The notes under the pieces: model-generated | Told to the model about the DNA's origin: nothing | Databases searched by the model: none | What the model saw: the letters and a program-made list of their open reading frames with translations, nothing else | Shown: piece after piece, positions 57,735-64,000 of the stretch | Position numbering within the stretch: the first letter of the stretch is position 1 | Layout of the letters: each line of letters begins with the position of its first letter | Program-made: the position numbers and the translations under genes | Assembly (NCBI GenBank): GCA_008632985.1 | Contig: QPGO01000030.1 | Location: 557,135 to 621,134, forward strand | Reading direction: 5' to 3' | DNA: 64,000 nt | From: Psammoneis japonica | Taxonomy: Eukaryota

Positions 57735-60700
57735 CGAAAACAGAGGCGTCTTGCGGCCACCCTCTCGGTGAATCCAATGTCTTTGTTTGAATGCTGCCCA
57801 AGCTTCGTGGTTGCGCAGTGTTCTGATCTTGCGGTCTTGCGGCGCGGGTTGCAATGCGCAATGCGATGAACCGTGCATGTGCCTCCGAGGCATTTTGTTG
57901 CCGTTTGCCACGGAGGCAGGCAGACTAACTGTGGGTAAACAAACTCAACGCGGCAACGCTGGCGGAGCGAGAACCAATGTCCCTAAAACAGACAAAAGCA
58001 CAATCCCACATTTTCGCATCGCACTTCAAAGCCGCGAAACCTCAACACTCCCCAGCTCCAACACACGACAACAAGAAACCAGAAGCAGGGAGTTAGAAAT
58101 TGGACTCTGTTGTTGTCTCAGGAGCTCAGCTTTTGGCAGTGAAAAATGTGGTGTGAAAAAAGAGCCATGATCAGTCCACAAAAAGACCACTGGCGGGGCA
58201 CTCTTGCACAAGGAGCTCCTCACAAGCTGACAGAAAGCAAGACAAACGACCAGAACGGAAAGGCACCATGCAAGAAATCAACATTGCCACAAACACTGTT
58301 GCAAGTGCATCAACTTGCCTGTCAGAAAAGTGGGTGCTCCTCACTTGCAATGAAAGCACCGCGGACCAAGCTGCTGCTCTGTGGAGCTTTTGTGCTCTCT
58401 CTGCTGACATGAATGCTTTTTTTAACAGAGTCATTTGTGGCAAATGGAAACATGGGCAAAGGCCTCGAAAATGCAGGTTTTGCATTGAGTGTGGATGATC
58501 CACACATTGTGGCTCCACAAGAAGATGTGGTGAGATGGGAAGACGGAGAAGGAGCAGCGCCGCTCTCACTTCTTTGTTGAGTGCTGCTGGCAATGGTCAA
58601 GAGCATGGCTTGGGGCTCTGTGCATTTGCCTGCACCATCACAAGCACAACACTCTCCCCTTTTTCCTTTGCTGCCTGGAGGCATTTTCAGTTTGCTGTGA
58701 CATGTGGCCAATTTGTGCCAACAGCACAGGGCGTGTGCAGAGGGGAAAGCACCCTCCCTGAGGGGGCACCGCTCTGGCACTGCAATGTGGTCTTTTGCAA
58801 ATGCACTTCTGCAATGAATTGAGTGACCCCCAGCAACAAAACCACCACAACTCCACACAACCCATTTGATGAGCACCATCTGAGCTGCTGGCTGCTGCTG
58901 TTCTTCCAGAAGAGGTCAAGGGGACATCAAGACAGGTGAGGGGGTGGCTGCTGCAGAGGAGCCATGAGAGATGGAGCAACTCATTGTTGAGATGCACCTG
59001 CTGGCAAAAGTTTGTTGGGAAGCCCCAGGTGCAAAGCTGGACATGCAATGCCTCAAACTTTCTGGGCAGGGCTGCCAGCACACCTGCTTGTGTGGCATTC
59101 TTCAAACATCCCGGGACCACCAGCTAACCTGTTGCTGCTCTGATGGAGCATCACATTTGTGGTGACAGACCAAGAGTTGAGCAGGGTTCTTGGTCAGAGA
59201 AACTTTGCTCCAGCCCAGCACCAAATGTGCAAAGATTGGTTTGGAGCCTTGGCCATGCAGACACCAGGGGGGCACCCACCTTCAGGAAGCTTTGGCAACT
59301 CAACAGGTGGATCATTCAGCCCTGAAAGTTGTGCAGGAAAATTGTTCAGGCCAGCTGCAAAGCCATTGATCACCAATCTGTTTGTCCATCTGTGCTTGAA
59401 TTTCAACTTCTTGGGAAACCAGTTGAAATGACATCTGAACAAAAATGTTGTTCTTTGCCGTGCAAAGTGAAATGCATTTGATCAGGCCACATTTCAACTG
59501 ATGCCTTCCTGCAAAGTCACTTGGCTCCTGTCACCCTCTTGCATGGCATTGTGCACATTTCTGCACAATTGTGTTTTTTTTCACACAACAAAACAGCCAT
59601 GGCTGTTGAGATGTTTTGGAACGACTCCCATTGAAATGGTCAGCAGGTTTGTTCTGACAAGCAGGAACCTCTGAAACTGGAAAATCCTGAACATGCCAGC
59701 AGCATGGTGCCCCCCACGACAATGTGGAAAACCTGACAACACAGCACAGGCCATGCACTCAGAGATGTCTGCCACAAAAAGCCACGAGAGGTGTGTGGGA
59801 AAAGATGCCAGAATCACTGGTGATGTGGTTGGGGGAGAAGAGCAAGTCTCCACACAACTGGAGAGCTGCATTGTGGCATTGTGAGAGCCATCTCAAAAGT
59901 TGGCACCAACAAGATGAGGGTTGTTGCCTGTCCTCCTCAGACAACTCACAAGCACAAAAAGTTTTTGATTTGCAAGAAACTCTGGGTGGAAATGCACTGG
60001 CTTGAAAATTCTTCACATTGAGCTGGAAGGAAGTGCAGCAGGAGCAGCAATGTTGCTGGCACCTGGAGAGAGAGGGAGTGCAGGACTTGGGTGGCTCTCC
60101 AGCCCAGCTCAGCAACTGTGGTCTGGGAAATGGTGCACGAGAAGCATCGCGCTTTTGGGGGCATCAAATGTTGGTCACTGACTTGCCATCTTCAGAGCGA
60201 ACACTTAAAAAGCAAGAGCTCTTGCACGTTGTCATCCAGGTGGCCAAGTTGAAGGGACGCATCCACATGCCCATCAACACAACCACTCAACCCCTCATTT
60301 TCCCTGCCTTGCAAGCAAGGTGGTCGACACAAAATCTTGAGTCAGCCCAAGAGAACAAGACACATGACAGGCTTCAAGAGGCAGCAGCTCGGCCAGAGCA
60401 GCTTCAGCCTTCAGCGGTGAAAACAGCATGATGGGAAAGAGGGCAGGTTGATTCAAAGGACAACTGTCACCACATTGAAGCTGTCCCACACAGCTTCTTG
60501 TGCCACGTGCTGTGTTGTGAGAGATTGTGGCGGTGGTGTGCCATGGTGGCGGCGCTCTTTGACGATGCTCCATGCACCCCCACCCACCAGCAGGGTTGTG
60601 GATTCCTGGGACAAGCAGGCATGGCTGAGCTTAGAACACGAATTGATTTGGTTGCTTGCTTCTTGCTTGGGTGATTCCAGATGTTTTGTTTTTGATTTTT

Positions 60701-60760
60701 GGATCGGCAAGCTTTGCCAGTTAGCACAGCCATCAGTTGTGTGTAAGCAGGGAAGTCGGT
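57735..60760. repeat. Hypermutated (TpA- and CpG-depleted) tract containing gene-derived fragments
   Basis: About 3 TpA in 58100-60620 by manual count; contains an inverted copy of 62703-62906. Confidence 0.8.
58083..58307 (+). pseudogene. Inverted, mutated partial copy of the 5' end of the 62075-62869 methyltransferase gene
   Basis: Aligns to the reverse complement of 62703-62906 (LEIGLCCCLRSSAFGSEKCG vs LEIGLYYCLMSSAFGSEVCG). Confidence 0.85.
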
Positions 60761-61076
60761 TTGACCATCCGCCCGCCCAAGCGAAATAAACATCAATGCA
60801 GTTGAACATCGTTGATCTCTACATACGTCTGCGTGCACGTAAAATTCAGTAATGGGGGATTCCATTTGTAGCGCACGGTACATTTTCTACGCTTGCCAGG
60901 TGAAATTCTGAAGAATGTGAGAAAGCATGCTGAACTCGTGTGAAGGCACGACGCAACATCAAAAGATCAGTGCAAGATCTCATCGTTCCCGGTAATGTTC
61001 AGTGTGGAACACATTAAATCACAATTCTCGTTGCTATCTTTGGCTTCAATCTCAGGAGAAGGATTTGAGTGACAGC

Positions 61077-61952
61077 ATGCGTGCTGAGGTTTTTTCTTTT
61101 GCATTTCTGGTCCTTGTTTCTTCAAGGTGCGACGCTTTTGTTTCCCCCGCGATGACACGATGCTCTCGTGTCAAGGAGTCGTCTTATTTATTTGGAATGA
61201 AGAAAGATGATAGCGAAGGCCAATTTGATCTCGAGGCAGCTCGTCGACGCTTGGAGGCCATGATGGGAGGAGATGAGACATCGAGCGGTCAGGCAGTTCA
61301 GGAGCGTACAAAATCTCATGCTGTTCAGAGCAAACAGACAGCGCCCCCTCCGTTGACGGCGATTGCGCGAGAACGGCGACTTGCAGAAATGCAGCTACTA
61401 TCACAGCTTAATGATAGTGACGATAGCCTTTCTGATCTATGGTCGCTTTGGTTTGGCGAGCGCGGTGCTGAGGCAGCGGTCGAGTTGATGCGTTGCGAAG
61501 AACTCGCTGCAGAGGGTCCGCGCGGATACGACGAAGTAGAAGACCGTTTGAGAAAGCTCATCAACGAACATGGTGTGCACTGGGCCGAACCCGTAAATCG
61601 ACTTGCCACTCTCTTGTACCTACAGGGACGTCTAGAGGAAAGCAAGGCTCTTTGCAAAACTGTCCTGGATGTCAAACCGTGGCACTTTGGAGCGCTATCA
61701 GGAATTGTCCTGGTCTGTGCCGCAATGGGTGACGCCGCTGCTGCTCGACAATGGGCTGCCCGTAGACTTCCTCCTATTCAACCCGCCGGAAACAATCGCA
61801 GACGAAAGGATTGGGTTCAGCACTCACTGGAGGAAGCTCGTGAGTCGCTTGCCGAAGCAGAAGAGCAGTTGCGGGAAGACTTTGGAGCACCTGACGTGTT
61901 GCCGTCATCAAAAGACACTTCCGACGAAAAAGACGAGGATTCATGGCAGTGA
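61077..61952 (+). CDS. Plastid-targeted TPR-containing protein
   Basis: Signal peptide + CDA|FVSP; WAEPVNRLATLLYLQG..VKPWHFGALSG TPR motif. Confidence 0.85.
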   Translation: MRAEVFSFAFLVLVSSRCDAFVSPAMTRCSRVKESSYLFGMKKDDSEGQFDLEAARRRLEAMMGGDETSSGQAVQERTKSHAVQSKQTAPPPLTAIARERRLAEMQLLSQLNDSDDSLSDLWSLWFGERGAEAAVELMRCEELAAEGPRGYDEVEDRLRKLINEHGVHWAEPVNRLATLLYLQGRLEESKALCKTVLDVKPWHFGALSGIVLVCAAMGDAAAARQWAARRLPPIQPAGNNRRRKDWVQHSLEEARESLAEAEEQLREDFGAPDVLPSSKDTSDEKDEDSWQ

Positions 61953-62074
61953 CAGTGGGCCGGAATCTGGTCAGTAGATCCCGATCACTATGTTGGGCCT
62001 CCCCGTACTGGGTTCTATATGCCTAAAAAGCCAACAGTCCTCTGCAGTCTTTTGTTAATATTGTTAAAATTTCG

Positions 62075-62869
62075 TCAAGATATATCTGAATGCGTGTTCA
62101 GCCAAATAGCAGTATTTCGTCCTTCAAATGGCAAAGTCTCGACAACGATTCGGCTATTCTTCTTGGCTAGATATTGGCAGAATTGTTCGTGCGTTCTCAC
62201 CGGTACTAGTTTCCCATTTTGTTCGATTCGTCGTTGAGAAAACAAATTTGGAAACACGCAACAGGGGACCACCACAAAAGGTTTATCGTGCTTCAGGGCC
62301 GCGTCGACGATGGCTTCAGTAGCCCCATCAGCATGCATTCCAACCAGCAGCGAGGCGTCTTGTATCGCTTGCTTCAGTTCAACAGAATTCTCTACCGTGT
62401 GTTCATCAAAGGTCATAACGAGTTGACGAAATCGTTCATTCACCACCTCTTGACAAAAATCGGAATTGTTGCGAGTCTGTCGTTCGAATCGATCTTGCCA
62501 CTTATTTGGGAGTTTGGGCAAGACGAGAGTTTCAAAACAGCGCGCAACATCTGCTTCTCGTGGGTCCACCATGACGACACTTAGACGATGGCACAAGGAC
62601 AATCGTGCCGCGAGCTCCCCCTTGCCACCCGCCACATCTAAAACATGCTTCGGAACAGTGCCGCTCTTGACCTCTGTCAAGTGAGGAAACGTCCTCAACA
62701 ACCACTTGCAAAAGTGTTTGTGGCGATGTTGATTTCTCGCACCGTGCCTTTTCCGTTCCGGTCGTTTGTTCTGCTTTCTATCGGTTCGTGAGCCCTCTGA
62801 AGGAGAAGCCGTATCCTTGATCTTTGGTTCTTTTGCGCCACATACTTCACTGCCAAAAGCTGAACTCAT
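62075..62869 (-). CDS. SAM-dependent methyltransferase-like protein
   Basis: VLDVAGGKGELA, VMVDPR, LVGMHADGATEAIVD, FVVVPCCVFP, LPFEGRN. Confidence 0.85.
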   Translation of the reverse strand: MSSAFGSEVCGAKEPKIKDTASPSEGSRTDRKQNKRPERKRHGARNQHRHKHFCKWLLRTFPHLTEVKSGTVPKHVLDVAGGKGELAARLSLCHRLSVVMVDPREADVARCFETLVLPKLPNKWQDRFERQTRNNSDFCQEVVNERFRQLVMTFDEHTVENSVELKQAIQDASLLVGMHADGATEAIVDAALKHDKPFVVVPCCVFPNLFSQRRIEQNGKLVPVRTHEQFCQYLAKKNSRIVVETLPFEGRNTAIWLNTHSDIS

Positions 62870-63059
62870 GAGACAATAGTAGAGTCCTATTTCCAACTCC
62901 CTGCTTGGCTACTTGACGTCCGGTGGTCGGTGGATGTTATTCTACCTTGGCATTCCGCACTCCAAAACCCCAAATTGCGGTACAATTCTACGTGTCTCTA
63001 GTAATGGACGACGGCAAGACGCAATTTCAAAGAGGAGCTAGCTGCCTGAAGGTGTACAA

Positions 63060-64000
63060 GGAGAAGACTGATGAAACAGATGATGACCATTGGACTGCTC
63101 TTGAAGGAGTGGACGAGTGTGACACCACGCTTGCATTGAAAAAGCAGGAAGAAGCTGGAGAGGAGCGCGATCCAAGCAGCCTTGAAGAACACATGGGCGG
63201 ACTGGCTCGGAAAGAAGACAATGCAGGGGGGTTGCGATGAGGGTTTGGGAATGGTGGCGTGTTCACCATGAGATGCATTTGTCCATGTCTGAAGCTGCAC
63301 ATCCAGCTGGTGGTCCTCGTGCAACTTTCCAGTGCTTCAGTCAAGCAAGTGAGTTTTTTCTAAGCTCAACAAGCACGTTGTTGAGACAGCCCAGTGCAAC
63401 ACGTTGCACGATGCCACTTTGTTGTGCATCATCTTTTTTCTCATTTGCACAAGGGATGTGATGTCAATCAAGACCATTGGCGGTGCTGCAAGAGAAGCCC
63501 AGAGTCAAGAGAGCTCTTTCTCAGCTCGAGTGGGCTCGCACGATGCAATTTTGTTGTGTTGTTTTTTCTCATTGGCAGAAGGGGCATGATGCAGTGGCAA
63601 CACACAGTGCAGCAGCAATGTGATTGACATGGTGCAGCAGCAATGTGATGTGCCGGCAATGCAATGCAGCAAAATGCAATCAGGAAACAATGAACGGTGT
63701 CATTGCTGTGCCACTGGTGATGAAGCACCACTGCACCAAACCTGGCACTGCACCACGTGCACTCTACGCAGTGCGCACTCTGCGCAATGCATTGCCCACT
63801 CAGCTCACAGAAATTCCTGTTTTGCACACTGCGCAATGAGCCTGTGCCTGTGTGCACCACATGTGCAGCATGTGCCATTTGTGCAATGGTGTGGCGATGC
63901 AAAAAAATGTTCATTGCACGTGGGTTGTTTGAAGCTTCACTGGACGGCTGTGTCTCTTTGTCTGTGTGACCATGGAGAGAGCAGTGATGAGGTGTTTGGA
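63060..64000. repeat. Second hypermutated TpA-depleted tract (runs off the window end)
   Basis: 2 TpA seen in ~940 bp (63361, 63765); TG/CA-rich; internal ~55-bp degenerate direct repeat 63405-63463 / 63538-63591. Confidence 0.75.

Noticed and set aside
57723..60883. Dozens of short Cys/His-rich ORFs resembling zinc-finger or metallothionein peptides
   Set aside because: Explained by TA->TG/CA conversion (Tyr and stop loss); no coherent motif spacing.
62923..63240. ORF with faint resemblance to the ADF-H gene (DDG..QRG..LEG.D)
   Set aside because: Only scattered residues match and DNA similarity is unconvincing by eye; needs an alignment statistic.
1..64000. tRNA, rRNA or snRNA genes
   Set aside because: None recognised by eye; a covariance-model scan would be needed to exclude small RNAs.

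Overview
Gene-dense eukaryotic nuclear DNA of roughly 50% GC with short GT-AG introns. It is most likely a diatom: two genes have bipartite signal-peptide + 'AF' plastid presequences, and the gene content fits a stramenopile (inference, no search run). About 24 protein genes are recognisable: PTS1-bearing enoyl-CoA hydratase 2, PPCS, an LPA1-like plastid protein, SNU13, SLBP, two EGF-repeat proteins, a TPK-type K+ channel, a TLDc protein, nicastrin, DDX52, VPS53, a HAT/TPR protein, DDX56, CAP-G2, UNG, an ADF-H/villin-headpiece protein, a kinase, a TPR protein and a methyltransferase. Mobile and repeated DNA includes a 5'-truncated CRE-like RLE non-LTR retrotransposon with a perfect 24-bp target-site duplication in a ~21-bp minisatellite, a 738-bp MITE, a dispersed repeat pair, a methyltransferase pseudogene and an inverted partial gene copy. 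The strongest signal is a mutational signature confined to repeats and duplicated DNA: TpA is almost erased (TA->TG/CA), with CpG loss added in tract cores, and surviving TpA lies almost only in TAA/TTA. Three internal copy pairs give the direction of change, which is opposite to fungal RIP. Several 1-bp frameshifts in otherwise intact genes look like assembly indels. All counts and alignments were done by eye.
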